NCBI GenBank assembly: GCA_965552135.1
Contig: CBEVQY010000001.1
Coordinates: forward strand, 64,001 to 128,000
Length of the DNA stretch: 64,000 nucleotides
Source of the DNA: an uncultured bacterium
Lineage (GTDB): Bacteria > UBP14 > UBA6098 > B30-G16
Direction of reading: 5' to 3'
Every line of letters starts with the position of its first letter. Position 1 is the stretch's first letter. The notes beneath the pieces were generated by a model that was not told the DNA's origin, did no database searches, and saw only the letters and a list, made by a program, of their open reading frames with translations. This document shows positions 36,804-47,000 of this stretch, in pieces. The position numbers and the translations under genes were made by a program.

Positions 36804-37437
36804 CAAAGAAATCGTCCAGGTTTATTCTCAGATAAAAAGTGATATTGTTGCAAGGTTGACTGAATTCAAAAAGCTTTGGGATGAGGGGACCGAGCAGGAG
36901 CTTTTCGCGGAGCTTGCCTTCTGTATCCTTACTCCGCAGTCGCGGGCTGGGGCGTGTTGGAAGGCTTTGGAGAAGCTTTTGAGCTCGGGGGTGCTTTTTT
37001 CGGGGGGGTGGGAGGAGATATCGCGCATGCTTTCGGGCGTCAGGTTCCACAGGACCAAGGCGCGGCGCATAGTGGCTGCCCGCAGGCTTTTTACGCGCCG
37101 GGGGAGGATAGATATAAGGGGCAACCTCGCCCTCCTGCCCGATGTCGCCGCGCAAAGACGGTGGCTCGTCGAAAAGGTGGAGGGTTTTGGATACAAGGAG
37201 GCGAGCCATTTCCTCAGGAACATCGGCTGGGGGGATGATCTGGCTATTCTCGACAGGCACGTCCTCAAAAGCCTTCTTGCAGCAGGCGTTGTGGATAAGC
37301 TGCCCAAAGCGCTCACGCCAAAGCGCTACGTCGAGACAGAAAACAAGATGCGCGCGTGGGCAGAGCACTTGGGAATACCAATGGCGCATCTCGACTTCGT
37401 CCTGTGGTTCAGACAAACGGGGGAGGTGTTTAAGTGA
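36784..37437 (+). CDS. ogg: 8-oxoguanine DNA glycosylase/AP lyase (Thermotoga/archaeal Ogg type)
   Basis: LFAELAFCILT, VRF...KA, GFGYKEASHFLRNIG, AILDRH, LDFVLW..TGEVFK. Confidence 0.93.
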   Translation: MTGKSFDKEIVQVYSQIKSDIVARLTEFKKLWDEGTEQELFAELAFCILTPQSRAGACWKALEKLLSSGVLFSGGWEEISRMLSGVRFHRTKARRIVAARRLFTRRGRIDIRGNLALLPDVAAQRRWLVEKVEGFGYKEASHFLRNIGWGDDLAILDRHVLKSLLAAGVVDKLPKALTPKRYVETENKMRAWAEHLGIPMAHLDFVLWFRQTGEVFK

Positions 37438-37856
37438 GGGAAGCCGACCTGAAGGAGTTTTTGACGAAGCGGGGCATTCACCCATCCTTCCACAGGCTGA
37501 AGGTGCTCGAGTTCCTCCTCAACCACAGGATCCACCCGACGGCGGAGGAGATCTACCGCGCCCTCGCGCCCGAAATACCAACTCTGTCGAGGACGACCGT
37601 GTACAACACCCTAAAGCTTTTCGTCGAGCGCGGGCTTTTGCGCCAACTCGCCATCGAGGGGAACGAGTTCCGATACGACATCCGCACCGACGACCACGCA
37701 CACTTCAAGTGCAACCGATGCGGAAAGGTGTACGATGTCGAGCTCGATGCCCCCGTCTGCGCGCAGGGGACTGTGGAGGGACATCTCGTGGAAAGCTGCG
37801 AGATCTGCCTCAGGGGCATCTGCAGAAACTGCCGGAGAAAATCCGAAGCAAAATAG
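37434..37856 (+). CDS. Fur family regulator, PerR-like
   Basis: HPTAEEIY, LSRTTVYNTL, HAHFKCNRCGKVYD, CRNC; sits upstream of peroxide-defence genes. Confidence 0.92.
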   Translation: MREADLKEFLTKRGIHPSFHRLKVLEFLLNHRIHPTAEEIYRALAPEIPTLSRTTVYNTLKLFVERGLLRQLAIEGNEFRYDIRTDDHAHFKCNRCGKVYDVELDAPVCAQGTVEGHLVESCEICLRGICRNCRRKSEAK

Positions 37857-37868
37857 AAAGGAGGCGCA

Positions 37869-38555
37869 ATGGACAGGAAGGCTTTATTCAGGATGAGCTA
37901 CGGAGTTTACATCGTGAGTTCCAAGCGGGGCGGCGACCTGAACGGACAGATAGCCAACGCCGTTGTGCAGATAACCGCCGAACCCCCCAAGGTTTTGGTG
38001 GGGATAAACAAAGCCAACCTGACCCACGAGTTTATAGCGGAAAGCGGCGTCTTCGCCATCTCGGTTCTCGCCGAAAGCACGCCGATGGAGTTTATAGGCA
38101 AGTTTGGCTTCCGGTCGGGACGGGAGGTTAACAAGTTCGAAGGGGTGAACTACAAGCTCGGCGTCTCCGGCGCGCCCGTAGTGCTCGATAACGCCGTGGC
38201 GTATGTCGACTGCAAGCTTTCCTCGTCCCACGATGCCGGAACGCACACGATATTCGTGGGGGAGGTCGTCGACGCACAGCTCCTCTCCAACGAGCCGCCG
38301 ATGACGTACGCTTACTACCACCAGATCAAAGGCGGCAGGTCGCCCAAAAACGCGCCGACGTACGCAGCCCCGCAGAAGAACGAGGGCGCGAAAGGTCAAA
38401 AGTACATCTGCACCGTTTGCGGATATGTATACGACCCCGCGGAAGGCGACCCGAGCTCAGGGGCGGATCCCGGAACACCCTTCGACAAACTTCCGTCGGG
38501 TTGGGTTTGCCCCATCTGCGGCGCAAGCAAATCGGCGTTTGAACCCGTAAGATAA
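37869..38555 (+). CDS. Flavin reductase-rubredoxin fusion (high-molecular-weight rubredoxin)
   Basis: [40 protein letters not shown]...WVCPICG. Confidence 0.93.
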   Translation: MDRKALFRMSYGVYIVSSKRGGDLNGQIANAVVQITAEPPKVLVGINKANLTHEFIAESGVFAISVLAESTPMEFIGKFGFRSGREVNKFEGVNYKLGVSGAPVVLDNAVAYVDCKLSSSHDAGTHTIFVGEVVDAQLLSNEPPMTYAYYHQIKGGRSPKNAPTYAAPQKNEGAKGQKYICTVCGYVYDPAEGDPSSGADPGTPFDKLPSGWVCPICGASKSAFEPVR

Positions 38556-38569
38556 AGGAGGCGAAGACG

Positions 38570-39880
38570 GTGGACGCAGCGGAACTTAAGATGTTCTGCT
38601 ATCAGTGCTCACAGACGGTTAAGGGCAAGGGATGCACGCTTAAGGGCGTTTGCGGGAAGGGACCGACCCTCGCAAGGCTTCAGGATAACCTCATTTTCGC
38701 CGCCAAGGGGATGTCGGCGTACCTGTACCACGCAAGGGAGCTGGGATACTCCGACCCCGAGATAGACGCTTTCCTGGAGCGCGCCTTTTACGCAACCTTC
38801 ACCAACGTCAACTTCGATGCCGAAAGCTTTGTGGAGCTTGCCGTCGAGGCCGGGCGCATGAACATAAGGACGATGAAACTCCTAAAGCAAGCCCACATAG
38901 ACGCCTTCGGCGAGCCGAAACCGACCGAGGTCAGAACCACAACGGTCAAGGGCAAGGGGATAATCGTCACGGGCCACGGCCTTAAGGCCCTCTATGAGCT
39001 TCTGAAGCAGACGGAAGGAACGGGAATAAACGTCTACACGCACTCGGAGCTTCTGCCCGCCCACGGCTACCCCAAGCTTAGGAAATTCCCTCATCTCGTC
39101 GGCAACCTCGGAAAAGCTTGGTTCGATCAAAGGCAGCTTTTCTCACGATACCCTGCGGCTATACTGGGCACATCAAACTGCGTTCTCATCCCCACCGATG
39201 ACTACCGCGAGAGGATCTTCACCACCGGGCCCGCAAGGCTTCCGGGCGTGCGGCACATCGAGGGTTACGACTACAGCCCGGTCGTAGAGAAGGCTCTTTC
39301 GCTGCCTGATCTCGACGACGAGCCCCAGGGCCAGGTGCTTGTAACGGGCTTCTCGAAGTCCACCGTCCTCGGCTTAGCCGATAAGATCAAGCAGCTTGTT
39401 GAGTCGGGCAAGATAAGGCGGTTTTTCCTTGTGGGCGGATGCGATTCGCCACACAAAAGGGCAAGCTACTACCGGGAGTTCGTTCAAAAGCTGCCCAAAG
39501 ACACCGTGGTTCTCACGCTTGCGTGCGGAAAGTTCAGGATAAACGACCTCGAGCTGGGCGAAATAGAGGGAATTCCCAGGCTCATCGACCTCGGTCAGTG
39601 CAACGACTCCATAGTCGCTATAGAGATAGCCGAAGCCCTCGCGCAAAGCTTCGGAACGTCCATAAACGAACTGCCGCTCTCCATCGTCCTAAGCTGGATG
39701 GAGCAAAAGGCCGTGGCGATACTCTGGAGCCTGCTCTCGCTGGATGTGAAGGGCATATACATAGGACCCATAATCCCCGCCTGGGTGAACGGCGAGATCC
39801 TCTCCGTCCTTAAGGCGCGATGGGACATAAGGCTGATAGGCGATCCGGAGGAGGACATAAGGACTATGCTCAAAACCTAA
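38570..39880 (+). CDS. hcp: Hybrid cluster protein (hydroxylamine/NO reductase), short type
   Basis: [52 protein letters not shown]. Confidence 0.96.
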   Translation: MDAAELKMFCYQCSQTVKGKGCTLKGVCGKGPTLARLQDNLIFAAKGMSAYLYHARELGYSDPEIDAFLERAFYATFTNVNFDAESFVELAVEAGRMNIRTMKLLKQAHIDAFGEPKPTEVRTTTVKGKGIIVTGHGLKALYELLKQTEGTGINVYTHSELLPAHGYPKLRKFPHLVGNLGKAWFDQRQLFSRYPAAILGTSNCVLIPTDDYRERIFTTGPARLPGVRHIEGYDYSPVVEKALSLPDLDDEPQGQVLVTGFSKSTVLGLADKIKQLVESGKIRRFFLVGGCDSPHKRASYYREFVQKLPKDTVVLTLACGKFRINDLELGEIEGIPRLIDLGQCNDSIVAIEIAEALAQSFGTSINELPLSIVLSWMEQKAVAILWSLLSLDVKGIYIGPIIPAWVNGEILSVLKARWDIRLIGDPEEDIRTMLKT

Positions 39881-39892
39881 AGGAGACCCGCG

Positions 39893-41077
39893 ATGCTTCC
39901 GAGGAGGATAGCTGAAGGGGTTTATAGCGTTGGCGCAGTCGACTGGGACAGGAGGCTTTTCGATGAGCTTATCCCCCTCCCCGACGGCACAAGCTACAAC
40001 GCATACCTTGTGAGGGGCGAAAGCAAGACTGCGCTCATCGACACGGTCGACCCAAAAAAGACCCGCGTGCTTTTGCGCAACCTCGAGCTTTTGGGTGTGG
40101 AGCGCATAGACTACGTCGTCGCAAACCACGCCGAGCAGGATCACTCAGGCTCCCTCCCCGACGTGCTGAAGCGTTTTCCCGGGGCTTCCGTCGTGACCAA
40201 CGCGAAGTGTCGCGACATAATCTCGCGGCTTCTGCCAATCCCGCAGGATAGGTTCGTCGAGGTTGGCGATGGCGACGAAATAGACCTCGGCGGGAAAACG
40301 CTCAGGTTCATAATCGCCCTCTGGGTTCACTGGCCCGAGACGATGCTGACCTACATCGTCGAGGACGGGATACTTTTCACGTGCGACCTTTTCGGCTCAC
40401 ACCTGGCCACAAGCGAGCTTTTCGCAAAGTCCGCACCAAAGCTTCTTTTTGCGGCAAAAAGGTACTACGCCGAGATAATGATGCCTTTCCGCACAACCGT
40501 CCGCAGGCACGTCGAGCGCGTAAAGTCCCTTTCACCGAAGATCGTGGCGCCAAGCCACGGACCAGTCTACTCCGACCCGAGCTTCATCCTCGACGCCTAT
40601 CTCGACTGGACGTCCGACGCGGTCAAGAACGAGGTCGTGATTCCATATGTGTCGATGCACGGCAGCGTCGAAGCCCTCGTCGACCGCCTTGTGGACTCGC
40701 TTGCCTCAAGGGGCGTTGTGGTTCTGCCCTTCCGGCTTGCGGCAACTGATCTTGGCGAGCTTGCGATGTCGCTTGTGGACGCCGCCACGGTCGTTGTGGC
40801 AACGCCAACCGTCCTCGCAGGACCCCACCCCCAGGCGCTCTACGCCGCAGCCATCATCGCCGCGCTCAAACCGAAGACGAAGCTCATCTCCGTCGTAACG
40901 TCGTACGGGTGGGGCGGGAAGTGCGTCGAGGTCCTCAGGTCGACCCTCGGGAGCCTGAGGGCTGAGTTCCTCGATCCCGTCGTCGTGCGGGGATACCCCT
41001 CCGAGGAGGACCTCGCCGCAGTCGACGCACTGGCGCAAAAGATCGCCGAAAAACACAAAGAAGTAATCGATATTTGA
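39893..41077 (+). CDS. fprA: Flavodiiron protein (FprA)
   Basis: [34 protein letters not shown]-terminal flavodoxin domain. Confidence 0.95.
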   Translation: MLPRRIAEGVYSVGAVDWDRRLFDELIPLPDGTSYNAYLVRGESKTALIDTVDPKKTRVLLRNLELLGVERIDYVVANHAEQDHSGSLPDVLKRFPGASVVTNAKCRDIISRLLPIPQDRFVEVGDGDEIDLGGKTLRFIIALWVHWPETMLTYIVEDGILFTCDLFGSHLATSELFAKSAPKLLFAAKRYYAEIMMPFRTTVRRHVERVKSLSPKIVAPSHGPVYSDPSFILDAYLDWTSDAVKNEVVIPYVSMHGSVEALVDRLVDSLASRGVVVLPFRLAATDLGELAMSLVDAATVVVATPTVLAGPHPQALYAAAIIAALKPKTKLISVVTSYGWGGKCVEVLRSTLGSLRAEFLDPVVVRGYPSEEDLAAVDALAQKIAEKHKEVIDI

Positions 41078-41123
41078 CGAGAGGGCGCGTGTAAAACCCA
41101 AACCAAAACGAGGAGGTGCAAGA

Positions 41124-41816
41124 ATGGCGGCAGAGGAATACGAACTCGAGGAGGAGTACTGGGAAACGCCGCTTTTGGGGGATAGGTTCCCCCGCATCGA
41201 TGTTCAGACGACGCGTGGGCGGATGACCTTGCCGGATCAGTTCGAGGGCAGGTGGTTCGTTCTCTTCAGCCACCCCGCCGACTTCACACCCGTCTGCACA
41301 ACGGAGTTCGTGGCGTTCCAGAAGAGGTACGACGAGTTCAAAAAGCTCGGCTGCGAGCTTGTGGGGCTTTCCGTCGACCAGGTCTTCTCCCACATAAAGT
41401 GGATCGAGTGGATCAAACAAAAGCTCGGGGTCGAGATAGAGTTCCCCGTGATAGCCGACGACCTCGGCGATGTCTCGGCGCTTTTGGGGCTTATCCACCC
41501 CGCCAAGGGGAGCAACACCGTTCGCGCCGTCTACATCGTCGACCCGAAGGGCGTGATCCGCGCCATAATTTACTGTCCGCAGGAGCTCGGCAGGAACGTT
41601 GATGAGATCCTGCGCGCCGTAAGGGCTCTTCAGGTATCCGACCGTCACGGCGTTGCGATGCCCGCGAACTGGCCGCAGAACGAGCTTGTGGGCGAAAACG
41701 TCATCATTCCGCCCGCAACGGACGTAGATGCTGCAAAGGAGCGCCTCGAGGCCGCCAAGCGCGGCGAAATCGAGTGCTTCGACTGGTGGCTCTGTCACAA
41801 AAAGCTTCAGGGATAA
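41124..41816 (+). CDS. Peroxiredoxin (Prx6, archaeal/Thermotoga type)
   Basis: [15 protein letters not shown]-terminal ECFDWWLC. Confidence 0.96.
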   Translation: MAAEEYELEEEYWETPLLGDRFPRIDVQTTRGRMTLPDQFEGRWFVLFSHPADFTPVCTTEFVAFQKRYDEFKKLGCELVGLSVDQVFSHIKWIEWIKQKLGVEIEFPVIADDLGDVSALLGLIHPAKGSNTVRAVYIVDPKGVIRAIIYCPQELGRNVDEILRAVRALQVSDRHGVAMPANWPQNELVGENVIIPPATDVDAAKERLEAAKRGEIECFDWWLCHKKLQG

Positions 41817-41829
41817 AAAGGGGGGCGCC

Positions 41830-42213
41830 ATGACCGAAAGACTCCAGATGTACAAGTGCGAAATTTGCGGCAACATCGTCGAGGTCCTTCATCCGGGCGC
41901 GGGGCAGCTTGCATGCTGCGGACAGCCCATGAAGCTTCTGCAGGAACAAACCGCCGACTGGAAGACCGAAAAGCACGTGCCCGTGGTTGAGGAGGGCGAA
42001 GGCTTCATCACGGTGAAGGTGGGATCTGTGCCCCACCCGATGGAGGAGAGCCACTTCATCGAGTGGATCGACGTCGTGACCGACCACTGCGTCAGGCGCG
42101 TCTTCCTGAAGCCCGGCGACGCGCCCGAGGCAAAGTTCACCGTGTGCGAGGAGTGCAAGGAGATGCTCAAGGTGAGGGAGCACTGCAACGTCCACGGGCT
42201 TTGGCGGAGGTGA
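41830..42213 (+). CDS. dfx: Desulfoferrodoxin / superoxide reductase
   Basis: CEICGN...CCGQPM, EKHVP, HPM..HFIEWI, CNVHGLW. Confidence 0.96.
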   Translation: MTERLQMYKCEICGNIVEVLHPGAGQLACCGQPMKLLQEQTADWKTEKHVPVVEEGEGFITVKVGSVPHPMEESHFIEWIDVVTDHCVRRVFLKPGDAPEAKFTVCEECKEMLKVREHCNVHGLWRR

Positions 42214-42932
42214 CGGTGCCTTTGCCGCTTCTTTCGGTTCCAAGCGACGTCGAGGGCATCTTCGTCAGGCGCTTGAACCGCTTCCTGGCAGCGGTCGCCC
42301 TGAACGGCACGACCACGGACGCCCACATCCACGACCCGGGCAGGCTTACGGAGCTGCTTCGCCCGGGAAACAGGGTCCTTCTGCGCAGAGCCACCGCGAC
42401 GACGCGGAAAACGAAATGGGACATCCTCGCCGCAGGCGCCGACGGGGGTTGGGTCTTCGTGCACTCGGGCTATCACAGGCGCATCGCCGAGCGAATACTT
42501 GCCGATCCCGTTCTAAGCCCCTTCGGTGAGGCGTCTTCGGTTCTGGCTGAGGTCCGGCACGGTGCAAGCAGGCTCGATTTTCTGCTGCTCCGCCCCGGCG
42601 GCGAGCGGCTTTGGATCGAGGTCAAGGGCTGCACCCTGGCAAAAGGCGGCGTCGCCCTCTTCCCCGATGCCCCAACCGCCCGAGGGCGGAGGCACGTGGA
42701 GGAGCTCGCGCGGATCGCCGCATCGGGCGAGGGCGCAGCTGTGCTTGTGCTCGTCTTCAGAGCCGATGCCTCATGCTTCGCGCCGAACTCGGAAACCGAC
42801 CCAAAGTTCGCAAAAGCCCTCGCCGCAGCCGTGGAGAAGGGCGTTCTGGTCGTGCCCGTCAGAATCGGATACGACGGGAAAAACCTGTTCTTTTTGGGCG
42901 CAATGCCAAACTGCTTTGAACAAACCGCGTAG
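42210..42932 (+). CDS. sfsA: SfsA DNA/RNA nuclease (PD-(D/E)XK)
   Basis: [45 protein letters not shown] overlaps dfx stop. Confidence 0.95.
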   Translation: MTVPLPLLSVPSDVEGIFVRRLNRFLAAVALNGTTTDAHIHDPGRLTELLRPGNRVLLRRATATTRKTKWDILAAGADGGWVFVHSGYHRRIAERILADPVLSPFGEASSVLAEVRHGASRLDFLLLRPGGERLWIEVKGCTLAKGGVALFPDAPTARGRRHVEELARIAASGEGAAVLVLVFRADASCFAPNSETDPKFAKALAAAVEKGVLVVPVRIGYDGKNLFFLGAMPNCFEQTA

Positions 42933-42979
42933 AACCCAAAAAGGAGGAGGCAATAAGCTGCGGGAGAGATCACAAGGAG

Positions 42980-43150
42980 GTGGTGCTTGAGGCTATGCGC
43001 AAGGCGGGCAAGCCCGTCCGCCCGGGCGTTATAGCCAAGGCAACAGGACTCGACAGCAAAGAGGTGTCGAAGCTCATAGCCAAGTTTCGTAAGGAGGGGA
43101 AGGTCGTATCGCCCAAATGCTGCTGCTACGCGCCAGCCAAGGATAAGTGA
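42980..43150 (+). CDS. Small winged-HTH protein (absent from the ORF track; start uncertain)
   Basis: Manual translation: [56 protein letters not shown]. Confidence 0.75.
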   Translation: MVLEAMRKAGKPVRPGVIAKATGLDSKEVSKLIAKFRKEGKVVSPKCCCYAPAKDK

Positions 43151-43163
43151 AAGGAGGAAAGCT

Positions 43164-43739
43164 ATGAAGAGCATCAAGGGCACGAGGACCGAGAAGAACC
43201 TTCTCGCCGCTTTTGCCGGTGAGTCGCAGGCGAGGAACAGATACACCTACTTCGCCTCGCAGGCGCGCAAGGAGGGTTACATCCAGATATCCCGCATCTT
43301 CGAGGAGACCGCCGACAACGAGAAGGAACACGCCAAAAGACTCTTTAAATTCCTCGAGGGCGGCGAGGTGGAGATAGTCGCTTCTTTCCCGGCGGGGGTG
43401 ATAGGGAACACTGCCGAGAACCTCAGGGCGGCAGCGGCAGGCGAAAACTACGAGCACACAAGGATGTACCCGGAGTTCGCGAGGGTGGCGGAGGAGGAGG
43501 GTTTTGCGGAGATCGCAGCGGTCTTCAGAGCCATCGCGGTCGCCGAGAGGCAACACGAAAAGAGGTTCTTGGGTCTTCTTGCGAACGTCGAAAGCGGCAC
43601 GGTCTTCAGGAAGGAGAGGTCCGTTCGGTGGAAGTGCGGCAACTGCGGCTACATCCACGAGGGGACGGAAGCACCCAAAGAATGCCCTGCATGCGCGCAC
43701 CCTCAAGCCTACTTCGAGCTTCTGTGCGAAAACTGGTAG
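43164..43739 (+). CDS. rbr: Rubrerythrin
   Basis: [23 protein letters not shown]...MYP, AERQHE, CGNCGY...CPACAHP. Confidence 0.97.
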   Translation: MKSIKGTRTEKNLLAAFAGESQARNRYTYFASQARKEGYIQISRIFEETADNEKEHAKRLFKFLEGGEVEIVASFPAGVIGNTAENLRAAAAGENYEHTRMYPEFARVAEEEGFAEIAAVFRAIAVAERQHEKRFLGLLANVESGTVFRKERSVRWKCGNCGYIHEGTEAPKECPACAHPQAYFELLCENW

Positions 43740-43746
43740 ACCTAAA

Positions 43747-43773
43747 CAGGGGGAGCCCACCGGGTTTCCCCTG
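43747..43773. terminator. Hairpin between convergent rbr and kelch gene
   Basis: CAGGGGGAGCCC-ACC-GGGTTTCCCCTG; no long U-tract. Confidence 0.6.
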
Positions 43774-45255
43774 CTAATCCTTCCAGAACCAGTAGAAGAA
43801 CACGGCGTTAGACGGATCGTATTTTTCGTTTACGGCAGTTCTGCCGCCTTCGCCGTAGCCGCCTATCGCGTAGATGCCGCCTCCCACGCTTATGACGCAC
43901 AATCCACGCCGCGCCGTGGGCAGGGGGCTTTCCGAACTCCACGAATCCGTCGACGGGTCGTAGCAGTAGTTAATGTCCAACGGGTCGCCCTCCGACAAGC
44001 CGCCGATGACGTAAATCTTTCCGCCCAATTCAGCAGCGCCCGACTGGGAGCACGGGACGGGTAGCGGGGCCTTTACAGTCCAGCTGTCGGTGGTGGGGTC
44101 GTACTCCTCGTTGGCGCCGACTTCACCGCTTGCGCTCTCGCCGCCTATTACGTATATCTTTCCCCCGCACGCGGCGGCAGTCAGGTAGTATCTTGCTGTT
44201 GGCGCGCTCGCCCTCGTGGCCCACGAGTCGGATGACGGGTCGTACTCCTCGGTTATGGCAAGATAGCCCGTGGAACTTGCGCCGCCGAAGACGTAAATCT
44301 TCCCTTCCGCTGTGTCGGCGGCTACGCCCAAACGGGCTGTGGGCATCGAGGTCTTCGATGTCCAACTGTCCGTTGAGGGATCGTATTCCTCGTTGCGGTT
44401 GCTGTAAGAGCCGTCGTCTCCTCCCAGGGCGTATATCTTGCCGCCCACGGCTGCAGCGGCGAACCTGCAGTTGGGGGAAAGCATGACGCAGGCCGTCGTC
44501 CAACTGTTTGTGGCGGGGTCGTAGCATTCATTAGTGCCTACTGTAGTGGTGGTTCTTCCGCCCATGATGTAGATCTTTCCATCGACGGCTGCATAGCCGA
44601 ACCAATACCGGGCTGTGGGCATGTTGGCTTTCCTTTCCCAGCCGCCGTAGGCCTGGTAAAACCCGGCGTAGGTCCAGCCGGGACGCGGCGTGCGATCCTT
44701 AAAGGGTTTGAGGACGCCGCTTGGGCAGCAGTCGCCGAGAGCGGTTGAGGATACGGAGAGGGGGCTGTCCTGCGTTCCTGCACCAGACAGCGTGGAGTCG
44801 TGCCGAACGACGTAATAGTCGGCGGTGTCGGAGTAGACCGATCTCATCGAAAAGAGAACCGGCACGATCTTCTCCCTCGGGGTGAGCAACTCGTCCTCGG
44901 GGTCGGAGAGGTCGCAATCGTCGTTGCCGTCCACCATGAGCTGGACGTAGTACGGGCGGCCAAATTTGAGGGAATCGCCACCGTTTGCGGAAAGGTCAAG
45001 CCTTACGTCGAAATAGCCACTTACTATCCGCACGCAGAGCGTGTCCGCCCAAAGGAGGTTAGAGTCGGCATCTGTGATGAAGAAACCGAGGAGCCTGCCC
45101 GCGCACCCACAGCCCGAATCGGTCGTGTCGGTTATAACGTGGCCATCTGCGTCCGCAAGCCTCCCCTGATAGGCCATCGTCCGGGGAAGTTGCGCAAAGG
45201 CCGAGGTCACGAAAAGCAAAAGAATACTCCCAAACGCGGTTCTTCCGTAAGTCAT
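43774..45255 (-). CDS. Secreted protein: YQG-type N-terminal domain plus six kelch repeats
   Basis: GGAGG RBS, signal peptide ending AFA, PRTMAYQGRL, six 'G.IY..GG...YDP' repeats. Confidence 0.88.
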   Translation of the reverse strand: MTYGRTAFGSILLLFVTSAFAQLPRTMAYQGRLADADGHVITDTTDSGCGCAGRLLGFFITDADSNLLWADTLCVRIVSGYFDVRLDLSANGGDSLKFGRPYYVQLMVDGNDDCDLSDPEDELLTPREKIVPVLFSMRSVYSDTADYYVVRHDSTLSGAGTQDSPLSVSSTALGDCCPSGVLKPFKDRTPRPGWTYAGFYQAYGGWERKANMPTARYWFGYAAVDGKIYIMGGRTTTTVGTNECYDPATNSWTTACVMLSPNCRFAAAAVGGKIYALGGDDGSYSNRNEEYDPSTDSWTSKTSMPTARLGVAADTAEGKIYVFGGASSTGYLAITEEYDPSSDSWATRASAPTARYYLTAAACGGKIYVIGGESASGEVGANEEYDPTTDSWTVKAPLPVPCSQSGAAELGGKIYVIGGLSEGDPLDINYCYDPSTDSWSSESPLPTARRGLCVISVGGGIYAIGGYGEGGRTAVNEKYDPSNAVFFYWFWKD

Positions 45256-45274
45256 AAATTGAAGACCTCCCTCT

Positions 45275-46126
45275 TCAGTTTTCCAAAACACAGCAACGGT
45301 AACGGTGTTTGTAATCTTCTTCGCTGTGGCTGGATAGAGCGTCGCAGCTGTCGCGCCTGCAGTAATAAGCATCATTTGACGTAGAGCGCATCATGTTTAC
45401 CCAAAAGTCTTTGCTGCTTTCGTGAGTTGTTCTCGAGTATGCTATGTATTCGAACTGGTCGCACAGTCTTCCGCCGATTGAGAGGCATCTGTGCACGGCT
45501 GCGTGCCAGGTTGTGGCGGGGAAGGGGCTGCTTATGCATTCGTATTGGGCCACCGACAGCGTGTCGGGCAATGTGTCTACATAGACCTCTGTCCAGGAGA
45601 TCGTTCCGCCGAACGTGGGGAGATCAGAGCAGGATGAGGGCGCAGATTGGGAGCCTGAGGGCGCATAATCCGCTGTGTCGGCGTATATCGCTCGGTAGGC
45701 GTAGGATACGGGCGCCAGCTTTTCGCGCGGCACAAGTATCTGGTCGGTCGCGTCGTTGAGGTCGCCGTCGTCGTTGTGGTCCACCATTATCTGTATGTAG
45801 TAAGGCAGGTTGAACCTCAACGTGTCGCCGCCGTTTGTGGAAAGATCGAGCTGAACATCGAAATATCCGTTCACGATGGGAACGCAAACGGTGTCGGTCC
45901 AGAGGGTGTTCGAGTCGGTATCGGATATAAAGAAGCCGAGAACTCTTCCTGCGCAGCCTGATCCCGAGTCGGTTGTATCCGTTATGGGTGCACCTGAGGC
46001 GTCGGCCAGCATCCCCTGGTAGTTCATTATCCGCGGGACCTGCGCGAAGGTCAGCGCGGTCAAAACCGCCGCCAAGACCCAAAACGTTCCAAGGAGCCAC
46101 CACGTCTTGATCAAACGCATCGCCAT
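45275..46126 (-). CDS. Secreted protein: paralogous YQG-type N-terminal domain plus C-type-lectin-like tip
   Basis: Signal peptide, PRIMNYQGML; C-terminal TWHAAVHRCLSIGGRLC...FW...YRCC. Confidence 0.8.
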   Translation of the reverse strand: MAMRLIKTWWLLGTFWVLAAVLTALTFAQVPRIMNYQGMLADASGAPITDTTDSGSGCAGRVLGFFISDTDSNTLWTDTVCVPIVNGYFDVQLDLSTNGGDTLRFNLPYYIQIMVDHNDDGDLNDATDQILVPREKLAPVSYAYRAIYADTADYAPSGSQSAPSSCSDLPTFGGTISWTEVYVDTLPDTLSVAQYECISSPFPATTWHAAVHRCLSIGGRLCDQFEYIAYSRTTHESSKDFWVNMMRSTSNDAYYCRRDSCDALSSHSEEDYKHRYRCCVLEN

Positions 46127-46151
46127 CCCCTCCCGTTTTTATGTTTAAGCG

Positions 46152-46985
46152 CTAAGACTGTGGCTTGAAGGGGCTTGCCTTCTCCCACATCGCCTCGAAG
46201 GCTATGATCAAAAGCTTCACGAGCTGCTTGTTTTGTATCAGTATCACCTTGCAGCTTTCGAGGTCGCCTTCGTCGTGGATTTCGAGCAGTGCGGCGAAGT
46301 CGTCGTATATGGTGAACTCAACATCGACTGTAGGCACGTGGCGGCAGGCTATCCCCTCTTCCTCTTCTATTTTGCCGATCAGTTCGACGAACTCGGGTAC
46401 CTCAGCCAACCTCGACTCGCAGATCAGCCTAAACTCGACGGGTGCAGGCTCGAGGGGAGGAGCTTGGGCTTGGGCTTGATCCTCTATTGCCTGGAGGTCA
46501 TCGCTCGACACGAAGGGAACCCTGGCAACGACTCTTACGCTTTTCCTCACCCTGCTTCTTATCCTTGCCATCACGTCGACCACGGTCTTCATGCCTTTGA
46601 GGACGACGATATCGCGTCCCAGGTCGAACCCACCGGGGTAGACGTTTCTGTAAAGCTCCTCCGCTTGCTCCAGGAAAGCCGAGAACTGTTGGGGCAGCTC
46701 CTCCCTGAGCTTCTCTATTTCGGAAAGCTTTCTTTGGAAGAGTTCGCTTAAGGCCTTTCGGGGAGGTAGGGCGGCAAACCTCAAGGGCTTTTTCACTACC
46801 TCGGCGACAAGCCCCTTGTCGACCAAACTGCGCAGCACGTTGTAGACCGTGGGTCGGCTGAGTCCCGATTTCCTCGAGACCTCATCTGCGGTGGCCTCAC
46901 CAAACGAAAGGAGCGCAACGTACACCTCGGCCTCGTTCCGAGTAAGCCCCAAACGCTCGAGAAATTCTGCGATCATAGTTGTCAT
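46152..46985 (-). CDS. TrmB family transcriptional regulator
   Basis: LERLGLTRNEAEVYVALL...A.EVS..SGLSRPTVYNVL.SL..KGLV; C-terminal IYDD...FEAMW effector domain. Confidence 0.92.
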   Translation of the reverse strand: MTTMIAEFLERLGLTRNEAEVYVALLSFGEATADEVSRKSGLSRPTVYNVLRSLVDKGLVAEVVKKPLRFAALPPRKALSELFQRKLSEIEKLREELPQQFSAFLEQAEELYRNVYPGGFDLGRDIVVLKGMKTVVDVMARIRSRVRKSVRVVARVPFVSSDDLQAIEDQAQAQAPPLEPAPVEFRLICESRLAEVPEFVELIGKIEEEEGIACRHVPTVDVEFTIYDDFAALLEIHDEGDLESCKVILIQNKQLVKLLIIAFEAMWEKASPFKPQS

Positions 46986-47000
46986 AAAGCCTTTATGATA

